DNA of 62,000 nucleotides, filler included, from Jimgerdemannia flammicorona (lineage: Eukaryota): the NCBI GenBank assembly GCA_003990765.1. It is 3 parts of 3 records of this genome, joined end to end, with 100 filler letters (N's around TTAATTAATTAA, not from the genome) between each part and the next. Parts side by side here need not be neighbours in the genome. Positions count along the whole stretch, not along the records: positions 1 to 20,602 come from RBNJ01001636.1; positions 20,703 to 41,301 come from RBNJ01001637.1; 1 more part is not named here. The stretch is one strand, 5' to 3'. The stretch's first letter is position 1; the number at the start of each line of letters is the position of its first letter. Position numbers and translations under genes: made by a program. Under the pieces are notes generated by a model, which was not told the DNA's origin, did not search any database, and saw nothing but the letters and a program-made list of their open reading frames with translations. Shown in pieces: positions 13,501-26,109 of this stretch.

Positions 13501-14400
13501 CTCCTCCTCCTCTTCACTCCTCTTCATCCTTGTCATCTTGTAAATAAAAGTACCCTACATTATCACTTAAGTCCCATTATAAGCCTATATATAGCCTCTC
13601 TCCCAGCAATCTAGAGCCAGACATCTATATCTCCAGTTCTGAACAAGGTCCTCTTATAGACCTAGAATCTAATATTCACCATATAACTATACTTCACTAT
13701 AACCTCTTCCATTCTCTCGACCACCATCACTATAGATATCTCTTTTATCAGGAGCTGAACTACCCTCAGATCCCATATCAAGCACTAAGTCATTGATACC
13801 ACTATCTTACCAACTGTCAATCCAGTCCTTAAGATTTCCTCCAATAGCTCTATCTTCTCAAAACTCAACCCTCTCCATCTCTTGAAGGAACTTTACTGAA
13901 GCTATCTCAGTTATCTAATTCACAATTAGACTCACAACTATCTTGACTATTACTGCCAGCTCCCAGAAATACAATATGATAGCAAATTCTTAGATCTACC
14001 TTTTGAGTAATATAGCTACTGTCAGGTATATTATACTATCCACCAGATCTCCTTTTCCATTATATCTCATCCTAACTATCAGTTATCATATTTGGTTTTT
14101 TTACAAAATTCCCCATTACTTTCCCATTAGCAATTACATCTCTGTTTCTTTATAGTAACTCCACTAGCCCCTATAACTGTCTTTCCAGTCAATGATCTGC
14201 CAGCCCTCTCAGTACTCTCCTTTCTCCTCTCCCTATCCTTGTTGCTCTGCATACTCCCAGGACATCCCCCCATCTTCATCTTGTTAGCAAAATTCATTAT
14301 TCTCTACCAACTCCTGCCCAGCTCTCCTTGCCTATCTTAATACTAAAAAACCCCATCTCTATACTGTAACCTCTCTTGATATATTGTCAATCACAGGCCC
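10563..14400 (-). mobile_element. Heavily mutated L1/Tx1-like LINE (ORF1, endonuclease, N-half of RT), interrupted by chromovirus B
   Basis: Minus-strand remnants VALLYKNK...KNWRSIILLD..KKLITKVI and MISL*EG match the LINE at 16976-19750. The 5' boundary is approximate. Confidence 0.8.
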
Positions 14401-14859
14401 CATGTCTATTTGACACAATATGTCTTTCAGAACTCTTATATATTATTATGTTGCTTTCTTCAAAAATAGTATAAAAAGTGATGGAAGATATTTATATAAT
14501 ATAAATTATATCAAAAAAAGATATCTATTTACTCTCTATTACTAAAAGGTATTATTTAATAGTGTAATCAGTTGTAGTTATACTTAGTAGCTCTTCTTTC
14601 CTTAGTACTTTTAATAGATATCACATTTTTTAAGTATGTCCCTAACTTGTACTTTAATCAATATTGAGATATTGTTTACCATATTTCTTCAATATTTGTC
14701 TATCTTTGGTAGACTTTCTAGTGTTCTTTTTAGTAAGGTCTTTCTATACTTTAGTGGTCATAAGAGCTTCCTTTAGAGTATAGTTCCTCAGTATATCATT
14801 CTGGTGGAAATATATATCAATATTATTAAGAGCTATCTCTACAAATACCTTTCTCCTGT

Positions 14860-17800
14860 ACAATTCACATTATACAAAAACTTCAATCAATGGCTCTCAA
14901 CACAACTAGGAGAAAAGATACTATCAATATGTCTTCAAGCAAGAGTTCTGATGGGTGTACTGGGTCGGGGGGAGCTGGAGCTTTCGGCTGGCAGAATGTG
15001 GGGAGGGGTTACAGCCTGGGGATGGGGGCCTTTGGAGGGTCAAACAGGGGTGAGGGCTCTAGAGGAGGACTGATGACAGGTGGTGTTGGCGGAAAGGCTG
15101 GCCCCTCAAGCTTTGCTGACAAGGTGAAGGGCCAGCTGAAGACAGGGCTGGTGCTGCTGTGGGGAAGGGCAAGGCAAGCCTTGGGAGGGGGGGAGGTCCC
15201 CAGGCTGGAGGTGTGAGCATAGGGGCTGGAGGTACAGTGGCTGGGGGTGTGACTGTTGATGGGAGTGTGATGGGGAATCAGAAAAAAAAAAGAGATGTGA
15301 TGGCTGATGGCCAGGTGGGGCAGAGGCTCCTGATGTGGAAGGGGGATCTGGCTGATGGTGTAACGGGGCTGGTAGTGACACCATTACTCAAGAAGTCGAT
15401 CTCAGAGTTCATGGTGACCTTGTGCTTCTAGGGCTTGGCGGTGATGGCGAGGATGGTTCTGGGGCTTGTTTCGAAGCAGGTGGCTGGGGCGGCCTTGGTG
15501 AAGTTCTTGAAGGGGCTAGAGGGGGTCGAGGTGGGCTTTGAGGAGGCAGGCCCTCTGGATGAGGTACTGAAGACTGGAGTTGTGGTTGGAGAGGTAGTGG
15601 TCTCCAAGGTGAGGTGCTTGCGATGGGACCCCAGAGTGGTGCAACTTCTGGTGAAGGGGGTGCTCATGGTGACTAAGGAGGAGACAAGGAAGAGGGTAGA
15701 GGAGGTGATGGTTGAGTATGGTAATGTGGTGGACATCAGCTTTCAGGTATGGGAGGGGACGATGATCAGGACAGGTGATGTTGATGTCCAAATTAGGATG
15801 GCAGGCAAGGAAGCCACAGGGAAGATGAGTGACTGGCCTTCAGTGTTGATGTGGGGGGCTTTTATTTGTAAGGTGTTGAGGGTGAAGGGGAGTGAGGAGG
15901 AGGAGGATGATCTGTTGGAAGCATTGGAGGAGATGAGTGGTATGGTGGAATAGTGGGCAAAGACCTGGAAGCTCTATGAGGAGTTGATACACCTGGAGAT
16001 TGTAGAGGAGAAGTGTGTCTGCACTGACAAAAGGCAGTGGGAGCAGGCCCAGGGGTGCTTAAGGCAGGGAGCTCTTGGCGAGTATGACAGGAGGGGAGAA
16101 GAGGAAAGTAGATGGGGCAGAGGGGGCTGGAGGCATCGAGGCCAGTATATGGGCTGGCGAAGGTGGAAAGGAGGCAGTGGGGAAGGAAGAATGGGCTGTG
16201 AAGATACTGGGCAGGGATCCCTATGCCGACAGTACTTTCGAGGTCTGGGAGGAGGAGTCAGATGGCCCCCCCCCACTACTTGTCAGGAGGGGCCCGGTGG
16301 GGTAAAGAGGGGCAGCAGATGATATGCAGATGCAGGGGGCCCAGCGAGTTACCTTTGGGGTCCCAGATGTGGTGAAAGGGGTCCAGGTGGTGGCAGTTGG
16401 TGAAGATGAGCTGGTGGATGTCCCAGAGGAGGAGTGGAATGAGGATGTAAGTGTCGGTGCTGATACTACAATGCTGGATGCAGGGCGGCTGGGGACCCCT
16501 GGAGGGAAGGAGATTGGGAACCTGCTGTGGATGAGTAAGGTGATGGATAATCTTGCAGCTGAGGTGTTGGGGGAAGTGGATCTGAGGGTCATGCCAGAGG
16601 AGCACTGGGCAAGGATTCTGCGAGGTGATGGGGTGGTGGAGGCGCTGAAGATGGAGATTCTTATGATACTACTGGAGGAAGAGGGTTATGAGGTGGATGA
16701 GGTGAGGAAGGCAGAGCTGGTGGTTGTGGTGGGTAAGCGGGTGGCCTACTGTTGGGCAGAACGCCATGGTTTGCAGTTCTGGCAGGAGACCTGTGGGGAG
16801 TATTGGGAGGACTTTGAGGAGAAAGAGGATGGGGTGATGGTTGAACTTCTGGAGGGGTTGGAGGCACAGGGAGCTGAGAAGAAGGAACTGGCTGTGGAAC
16901 ATATCTTGGATTTGGCACAGGAGGACTTGAGTGTGGATTTGTAGAGGAGAGGTTTAATCTTTAACAATATTCCTCATGAACAGTACAACTAACATTTTCT
17001 CTCTCAATGTGAATGGCCTTCAAGGATCTGGGCAGTGTAAGAATATTTTTACATGGCTAAAGGGATTGGAGGCTGATCTCTTTTTACTGCAGGATGTATG
17101 GTGTGAGGATGTGGATGATCGGGTGGAATGGACTAGGGAATGGGGTGGGGCTACCACTCGGTTTGGAAAGGTGGCAATTCTGATAAAGAAGGGTAGAGGA
17201 GATTTGGAGGGAATCAAGAGCTGGGGAAATCGCTTGGTCTGGGGTGAATGGCACTAGCCAGGGTGGGAATTAGTGAGGGTGGGCTCTTGTTACTGCCCAG
17301 TGGCTAGGGGAGAGAGGATTGTGTGGATCAAGGAGCTACTGGAGGAGGGCATCCTTTTGGAGGAAGGGGTCGATGTTCTTGGTGGTGATTTTAACATGGT
17401 TTGAGATTTACGGCTGGATAGGACTGATGGAGGGAGGAATGTAGATGGGAGGAGTGGCAGTATAGATGCATGGGAGGAGGTGGAACATCTTAGCTCCTTA
17501 GTGGACATGGGCCGAACTTGGTTGGGCATCTCCAGGATCTACATGCACTGGGTGAATGGCTTAGGGACAAGGATTGACTGGATTCTGACAGCTGAGTGTT
17601 GGGGTGCTGATGTCTGGAAGACTTTGAAGGTAGTGTGGTGCCCGTGGTCTGATCACTGGGGCCTGTTCAGGCAGGGGCAGTTTGGGGTGAGTGGAGATGG
17701 ACCTGGACATTGGCATCTTAACTCCTCCCTGCTGGCTGAGAAGGGGCTGTGGGACCCATGGGTGGAGGATGTCCAGGCAAAGATTCCACTTTGGAGGTAG

Positions 17801-20602
17801 GAGGGTTTGTTGGTGGATGTCTGTTGGATGAGATTGAAGAAGGCTGTGAGGGTCTATTGGGTGGAGCTGGTAGGGAGGCAGGGAGATGGAGGAGGAGGCG
17901 AATACAGTGTGCTTCAAATAGGCTAAGGAGATTGCAGTTGGAGTAGGCAGATTTGCTTAAGGCTGACATGGTGAAGGATTGGAGGTTAGAGAGGGCGAAA
18001 TTGAAAGTTGTAGAACTGCAACAGGTGTTGAGAGAGGAGGAGGAGACTCATATGCGAGGAATGGTAGCCAGACTAAGATGGCAGGGGCTTGAGGAGGGGG
18101 AGCGGCCTACTACTAGGTACTTGTCTAGGCTCCTCCAAGCCAGGTGGGTGAGACATCAGTGGAACGGGATCTTGGATACCAAGGGAGAGTTGGTGCATGG
18201 TATGCAGCAAATCCTGAGAGTATTGAAGGAGAATTGGTTGGGTCTGTGGAGTGAGGAAGAAGGAGGTGCTGATGCAGAGGCAATTGGTGACACACTGGAG
18301 GAGTGGGAGCCACCACAGGTAGAGGGGCCGGGTGACTTGATCTTACCAGTCCAGGAGGAGGAGATCCAAGGAGTCCTGGCAACAACTAAACTTGGGATGG
18401 CGCCAGGGGAGGATGGGTTACCATGGGACTTTTGGAAGAAGATGGTGAAAATCCCTGGGATGCTGAGAGAGATGATTGCCCTTTGTGACTATGTTCTCCT
18501 AAATGGCATGTGGGTTGGAGAGCAGGACTTAGGGCTGGTGGCCCTATTGTACAAAGACAAGGGCCGGCGTGGGGATTGAAAGAACTGGAGGCCAATCATG
18601 CTTCTGGATATGGATTGGAAGTTGGTGACTAAGGTGATTGTTACAAGGCTACAGAAGGTTGCTCAACAGGTGCTGGGTGAGGGGCAGTGGGGCTTTATAG
18701 GAGGTAGACTTATCAGGGATGGGACTGCCTGGGTGCATGACATCATTGAAGGAGCCCGGGCCTGTGGATTGGATGGAAGACTGGTTTTTTTGGACCAGGA
18801 GAAGGCCTATGACTGTGTTCGGCAGATTTGGCTGGGCAAGGTAATGGACAGAATTGGCATTCCACCACCATTTCAGGCCTCTATATTGAGTTTGTTGGAA
18901 GGGAGTAGGGTGGCACTGATGTGTAATGGTCACAGGGGTTTGGCATTCCTCTTGTGGAGATGAGTCCCTCAAGGGGACCCATTGTCCCCTATCCTTTATG
19001 GGCTCTCCTTGGAACCTTTGATGGACAGGATCCATAAGAGGGTGACTGGGCTCTCTGTGTATGACATGGAGTGGAAGGTGGGGGCCTTTGCAGATGATAT
19101 GGTTGTTGGACTTGGATCAGATGCAGATGTTGAGGCTCTTCAGGAAACAGTGGAGTGGTATGAGGCACACTCGGGAGCAAGGCTCAACTGGCATAAGTGT
19201 GAGATGATGGTGCTGGGGAATGGGCTAGTAGGAGGAGATGATATTGGAACAATTGTCCCCACAGGAGAGGTGGTGAGGTATCTAGGTATCTTCCTCTCTG
19301 TATATGGATCAGTCCTACCATGGATATGGTGGGAGAGGAGAGTGGACATTTGGGGGGAGACTCTAAAAAGTTGGCGGGATCGTCACATCTCCCTGGTGGG
19401 GTGGGTGGTGATTCTGAATATATACTGGTTCCCCAAGCTGTGGTATGTTGCGTATCACTTAGACTTTCCTGCTTGGGTAGTGAAGAGGCTGATGAAACTG
19501 GCTAGGGATTGGATTTGGGCAGGTAGAAGGGCCCAGATCAGTTGGGATACTCTTGTCGAGCCAGTGCTTAGGGGAGGCCTGGGCCTTGTTGATTTCCCTA
19601 AATGCCTACACTGCCTGCAAGCTTGATAGTTAAGAAGGGCTGTTGAGCTACAGGGAGGAGGTTGGGTACCATTGATGAAGAAGGTGTAGGAGATGAGAGT
19701 CTCCCCCCGGGGGTCCTCTGGGGATCTACTCTCTTTGGTGGGTCTGAATTACCCCTTCTTGATGAAATACCACTTTATCCAACACCATCTCCACCCACCC
19801 ACCACTCTATTCACAGATCCTTCCACCAGATGGCGGCATTGCCCACCTTGTGGTCCCCATCCCACCCACTACCCCATCAGCAGATCTGCCACCAACTCCT
19901 CCCATCTCAACAACTTCTCCTATAATACTATTCGCCGCCCCTTCTCAAAAACAAAGAGCCAATGTCTGGCCAACCCCACCCACACTGCCACAACCCACCC
20001 TACAGTAAGCCACCTATTGCCAACACCTCTCACAAGCCTAGATTCCAGATCTTCCCAGCGACCTCGCTCTCCATCTGGTCTCCTATCAACCCCTAGCTGG
20101 TCCCCTACAGCTACCCAAAAATCCCCCAGCACCTCACACTCCCCCAGCCAATGTTCCAGCATTTGTACAAATCCCCCAACATGCCCAATGTTGTAACACT
20201 CCTCACACTCCAGCTGACCACCATCCACCAGATGGCCAGCACAGAAGTTCAATATAACATTCCTCTACAACATTCACCACCACACTACCCAGAACTTGGG
20301 AGGAAGCCACCACCACACCTCCGTACTCCAAGACCAGATCCCTGCCCAGTCCCACTCCTCACCAATCCTCACTGCCTGCCAACTACTCAGCCAAAGATCC
20401 TGGCTGATTTGCTGCTGACACTCCACTCCATCTCCAATGTCAAACTCAGTGAGTGGAACTTCCCCTAGAAGCAGACAGTCTCATCTCCACATAGCTGGAC
20501 CCCATACCACCTCCCCCTCATTGCCATGCCAGCGCAAGCCAATCCTGTATGCCCCATCAACCACTCCCCACCAGAAGCCCTTATACTGTAGCCATCTGGG
20601 GG
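14860..20602 (+). mobile_element. Near full-length L1/Tx1-like LINE, degenerate: ORF1 ~14890-16944, ORF2 APE endonuclease-RT 16976-19750, final ~850 bp inverted
   Basis: Endonuclease SLNVNGL...LLQD...GGDFN...RIDWI...SDH. RT APGEDG, NWRPIMLL, DQEKAYD, PQGDPLSP, FADD, YLG. The C-terminal zinc-finger region lies on the minus strand at 19751-20602. Confidence 0.93.
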
Positions 20603-20702
20603 NNNNNNNNNNNNNNNNNNNNNNNNNNNNNNNNNNNNNNNNNNNNTTAATTAATTAANNNNNNNNNNNNNNNNNNNNNNNNNNNNNNNNNNNNNNNNNN
20701 NN
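20603..20702. other. Artificial contig spacer (N44-TTAATTAATTAA-N44)
   Basis: Six-frame stop linker flanked by Ns, identical to the second spacer. Confidence 0.98.
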
Positions 20703-21260
20703 CCAACACCATAACACTCCTCGCAGTCGAATTGTCCACCCTCCACCAAATGCCCTGAGCGGAAATTCAGCATAACATTCCTCCACAACATTCTCCACCA
20801 TACCACCCAGTACTTGAGAGGGAGCCATCGCCGTACCTCAGCACTCCAAGACCAGATGCCTGCCCAGTCCCACTCCTCGCCTATCCCAACAGCCTGCCAG
20901 CCACCCGGCCAAAGATCCTGGCCAAGCCCCTGCTGACACTCCACTCCCTCCCCAATATCGAATGCAGCCAAGGGAGTACTCCCCAGGAGCAGTCTATCCC
21001 AATGCCACATTCCAGGCCCCCACTCCACCTCCCCCTCATTACCCTACCAGCGCAGGCCAATACGGTGCGCCCCTTCAGCCACTCCCCACCAAAACCCCTT
21101 GAACCGCAGCCTCCGAACTCCATTCAGCCCCACCAAAGAGAGCAGATCCCCGGAGGATCCTTGAGGGGATGTACGCATCTCCCATATCTTCTGCAGCAGA
21201 GGCACCCAACCGCCACCTCGCAAATCCACAGCTCTCTTCAACCACCAGGCTCTCAAGCAG
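20703..21260 (-). mobile_element. 5'-truncated LINE fragment (ORF2 C-terminal region), relatively young, abutting the gag of Gypsy C
   Basis: RAWWLKRAV...GDLLSLVGLN...KGFWWG...WRMLWRN...CEEC is homologous to the other LINEs. Many CpGs are retained. Confidence 0.85.
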
Positions 21261-21261
21261 T

Positions 21262-23731
21262 TCAGTCTTTAAGGATCAGCAAGAGCAGCATTCACAGTTG
21301 CAACCCATATAGAAAATGATGATGATACTATGCTAGCAGTACAGAAGACCTGCCTCTGAGCCATATACTACATAGATAAGATCAAGCAGATACTGAAGAA
21401 TCAGCTCAATACAATATACTAAGGAATAAGTGAGAATTCAAACATATTCTACACCAGAATCTGATATCAGATAATCTTTACAGATTATATTACTATTATC
21501 AGAGATCAAGTAGTCAAAGTAACCTTTATAAAAGGAATCTATTCAGAGATAGCCTTGGCCATTCACTCATTACCAATAGTTCTGAATCTGATACAAAAGA
21601 TCATCTATGCTCAGTAATACTAGATAGCCAGACATCTATAAGACTATATAATAGAGAGAGTCACTGGAGTCAGAATTGAAGTACTCAAGACAATTAGTAT
21701 GATTCCTATCACAGTAATCAATCAAAACACACCTCAACCAAGAGCTATTAAATAACAGAGAAATAGTGACCCTATAGAGGAACTTGCCAAGAAGTTCACC
21801 AAAATGATAGCCTATCTAGGAGATATGGTAAAGGAAATTAAAGAAAGAGACTGCTGCTCAGTTCAGAAATTTGCTACTATCTCAGACAAGAAGAGAGATA
21901 TCTGCTATACTTGTAAAGAAGAAGGCCACTACTTATGTATATAAATATATAAGTGAAACCAAACATAAGGTATAGCTAAGTAATACTACTTGAAATAAGA
22001 AATAGGTCAACATCATCACCTTTAAGAAGATTGGAGAATTAGATGAAGAGGAATAAGAGGTCTATTCCATACAGACCACCAAAAAGAATATTCATAAACA
22101 ACTCTATAAGAGATCACCAGGGAGACTCAAGAAGAACTCTGTGGAAAAGCAGATAGAGACTGCTACAGAAAGTCAAGGTAAAGAAATAGATCAAGATATG
22201 GAGCTAGAATAGACTGTTTAAGATATTATCCAAGGAACCACTCTAGTTAGTAAAGGAGAAAAGAAGAAGAAACTTTACAAAACCAAGACCTTCAAGTATG
22301 ATATCTTCAAGAATCTCAGTCAATAAAAGATCAATACAACCTTTGGTCAACTGGTAGAAATACTCATATTCAGATAGCAAATAAGATATGGACTTACTGA
22401 AATAACCAAAGAGTAAAGATGAAAGATAACTAAGGCCAACAATGTTCAAGAGGACTCAAGAGAAGAAAGCAAAGATAACTATAAGATCTCTACCTAGAGG
22501 ATTACATAACCAAGGTACAGATATTACAATGAAATAATGTGGAAAAGATTCACAAGCCCCTAGAGATTATTAAGATAAGAGATAAAGTCCTAGTATATTG
22601 AAATATAGTAGAAGCTTCATAGTTATGAAAACTAGAGCTCAAGTAAAAAGAATCTTATCTTATACAAGATATAAAAAGAACCACCTTTTGGCTATAAAAA
22701 CTCTCAGACACAATTATCCCCACTACTATTTATCAAAACTGACTCAAGAAGTATTATAGCCAGTTAATGAAGTATTGCTACAGCTCTCAAGATCATTAGT
22801 ACTATAATGAGTTATAGAAAGATAATAATATACTACTGAGCTGCCTATGATGAAGAAATCCTTTGATAGTATCCAAAGTATAGTATAGATATATCTGTCA
22901 TGAATTTCACACTTCAAGACCTATTAGAATCAGATAGAGTTTCAAGAATACTTCAAGTTAGGATAGCTACTGAACTTATAACCAGAGATAGTAAAAGAAG
23001 ATTGGATCAGAGAGTGCCAGCTCTCCCATATTCAGATCACTATTACTAAATAAGTGTATAAGTTATTTAAGAAGAATGAGCCAGCCTTAGCTCACCTTAG
23101 AGAAGTGGTTCTAGGAGACTTTGCATAAGTTAGAAGGTATTATTGGGAGATTATAATGATATAGATTATATAGTACAAAGAGATATAGATTGTGGAAGCT
23201 TGGGAGTTTGAGTGAATAGGATATTTTAAAGATAAATCACCTATTTAGAAGAAAGTTATAATGGTTAATCTAAATTAGAAACATGAATTAGAAGAATAAA
23301 CATTTAATTATAATACCTAAATCTAATTCCCAAATATAGTATAGTCTTACAAATAGCAGTCATATTTTCACAAATGTAGAAATTTTATAAATATAGAAAT
23401 TTTACAGATATAGAATCTTTATGATTATAGAGATTTCACAGATATAGAGAATCTATACTTGTAGAAGATAATTTATAGAAAACATAGTCATAACTTAGCC
23501 ACCTTATAGCTAGCAAACTTGTATAAATATCCCAATATTTAGAGTAAATAAACCTTAGATTGAAATAGTTCAAAACAAAGAGAAAGCAAAGAAACTAGTA
23601 AGCCTACAGATAGATATACTTCAAACTCACCTACTCTTACATTCCAAGAACTCTGTAGAGTTAAAGAAGATCAAGTTTTTAAGATACAGAAATCTAATAT
23701 ACTTTCAAGATTAAGTATCTGCTATGTTATA
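21262..23731 (+). mobile_element. Gypsy C: internally deleted, strongly mutated relative of Gypsy D (gag, integrase tail, extra ORF, PPT, LTR 23257-23731)
   Basis: Collinear with Gypsy D gag, including the knuckle CYTCKEEGH at ~21903. Jumps at ~22495 from the pre-protease region to the integrase tail. PPT-like TAGAAGAAAGT, then an LTR resembling the D LTRs. Confidence 0.82.
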
Positions 23732-23949
23732 ATATATATAATATATTATATTACTGATCCTATATTATCATCAATTAGTATATATAAAAATATATTATTT
23801 ATATTACTAATAAAGTATTACTCTTTGAGAAAACTTATATTTATAATATATTATAATCTCTATTAATAGCTAAAAGATATCTCTTTATATATATATAATA
23901 GTTTGAGTAGTAACTATAGGAGTTTGTAGATATTGTTTATAGTTTAAGT

Positions 23950-25712
23950 AGAATAGTGTTATCTTAATACTTATACTTGAGCTTTTATTATATGTGAATT
24001 TAGTTAGAATTAACTTTTTATCTCAATCATTTTACTTGTAGTCATAATAAATACTAAGTATCTACTTTAGAATTTAATTAGTTCTTTTTATCTAGCTATT
24101 TGTTTGTAGATAATATACTATAGATATTTTCTATAAAAGTGGAACACATTATCTGTACTATTTCTAGTACTGTTGTAGTAATAGTTATTACATATAATAA
24201 AGTGAGTCTACTTGCTGAGATAATTAAAAAGATGATAATTGTATTTTTTCTCTTAGTTTTTAACAATTAGACAATAAAGTCTATTCTAATATAGTTCTAA
24301 TTTTGGGTGAGAATTAGTAATAATTATAGAGTACCAGCTAATACCTAATTGCTAGACTTATATCTTTGACAGATATTATAGAATATGATATAGTTCTTAA
24401 TGTCAAATGTTATTTTAGACTAATAGAAGTCTCAGATAATATATTGGTATATTTTATCAAAACTCATATATCTGACTATAAGTATATTATATAGTTCTTA
24501 TAAGATTTATAAGCAGATAAAAGTGTTAGAGACTCAGATTCTTATATTGTCAAGGTATATATATTTATTTTAGACAGATATATTCTTATAGATCTTTTTT
24601 ATAATATTACTGTCTTCTTTAAGAATTTTTTTTAGAAATTTCTTATAAATTAGTATCTTTGATATATTCTTTCTTAACTTCTTTGAATAAACTAATAATG
24701 ATATTACTAATTGCAGAAAGGTCATCTTTCTGAGTACTCTGAGAGAGTATATCAGCTACTTTATTTTTTATTCTAGCAATATGCTTAATTTTAATATCAA
24801 AGAGTATAAAGATATATATCTATTAGATCTATCTTTCTATAGAATTGGCTATATCTGAATATATTGAAGAACTTGATAGTTAATCTATAAGGTGAATATT
24901 TTGCTAAGAAGGAAGTATCTCTATACTTATAGAGATTGAATAATAGTGAGGAGTTTCTTATCTTATATAGTATAGTTTATTTTATATTCATTGAGTTTCT
25001 AAGACAGATAGGTGATAGGATATTTATATTGAGTTAGGATAACTCTAATGATAATGTTTGAAGTATTAATAGTAACTATAAAGAGTCTAATTAAATCAGG
25101 ACTAATTAAGATTAGTATATCAGTCAGTATTCTCTTAAGGATATTTATAGCTATAGTATATACTTCTGTCTATTCTTTTTTGATATTAACTCCTTTTTTT
25201 TAGCAAGGCTGATAAGTGGGGCAGTAATTGCAGAAAATTCTTAAATAAATCTCTTATAATATCTTACTAGTCTATTAAATTCTCATAGAGACTCAAGAGT
25301 CTTCAAAATAAGTTAATTGCAGATTACTTGGATCTTTTTGGGGTCAATAGCAATACTATTTTCTGAGATAATATATAATTTTCTTCATAAAGAAGTAGTA
25401 TTTCTTTTTTTTTTTTACTAAGAGCTTATATTTGCAGAATATGTTGAAAATCATTTATAAATGTTGTTAGTGAATAATACTACTTATACTATATACCAGA
25501 ATGTCATCCAGATAGACCAGAATAAACACTCTGAGGTATTTTTTAGAAAATATCATTTATTAGTATTTAGAAAGTTACTGATATATTGGTGAGACCAAAT
25601 AGTATTATACAGAATTCATAGTGTCCAAATCTTGTTTGAAAGACTGTCTTGGAGATATTCTCTTCTTTAATGTAAATTTGATGATATTCAAATATAAGAT
25701 CAATATCCCTTA
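23950..25712 (-). mobile_element. Extremely AT-shifted Gypsy pol remnant (RT-RNase H-integrase), similar to element B
   Basis: IDLIFEYHQI...KTVFQTRFGHYEF.IILFGLTN, VYLDDILVY, and an integrase remnant IRIDFIV*L.KTK...YLSK matching element B. Confidence 0.78.
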
Positions 25713-26109
25713 TATCATTGACATCTGTAGGCTCAGAATTTAGTGACATCATCCTTATCTTCATAAACATACCCTGCTGTATTCTGCTATATGCCATATG
25801 CCACTCAAGATTGATACTCAAATACACATGAGGAGTGCTGTAACAAAACCAGACAAAGTGAGCATTTAAGATGAGACTGCCTCGCTTGCTGATCTTGGCT
25901 TAATGTTTATAACAACTCTACTATTGCCAAGATTGTTGACATTCAACTTGAATTGCTTTCTTTCTCTTTCTTTAATTGTTTTTAGTTTACCCTAATTCAG
26001 TTTCAGAGCCTTTGAAGAATATTTTCAAGACAGTGTTAAGCAGCAGAGCTTGTAATTAATGTTAAGAGTATTTAAGAGAGGGTTTTCTGATATACTCCAA
26101 TAAACAAAA

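Noticed and set aside
12919..13614. 231-aa hydrophobic ORF as a membrane protein or env
   Set aside because: It is the antisense reading of a purine-rich, mutated LINE ORF1.
19751..20602. Twin-priming 5' inversion
   Set aside because: The orientation is tail-to-tail and there is no poly(A) or TSD in the expected arrangement.
20647..20658. TTAATTAATTAA as a biological palindrome or piggyBac site
   Set aside because: It is embedded in Ns and repeated identically at 41346-41357, so it is an assembly linker.
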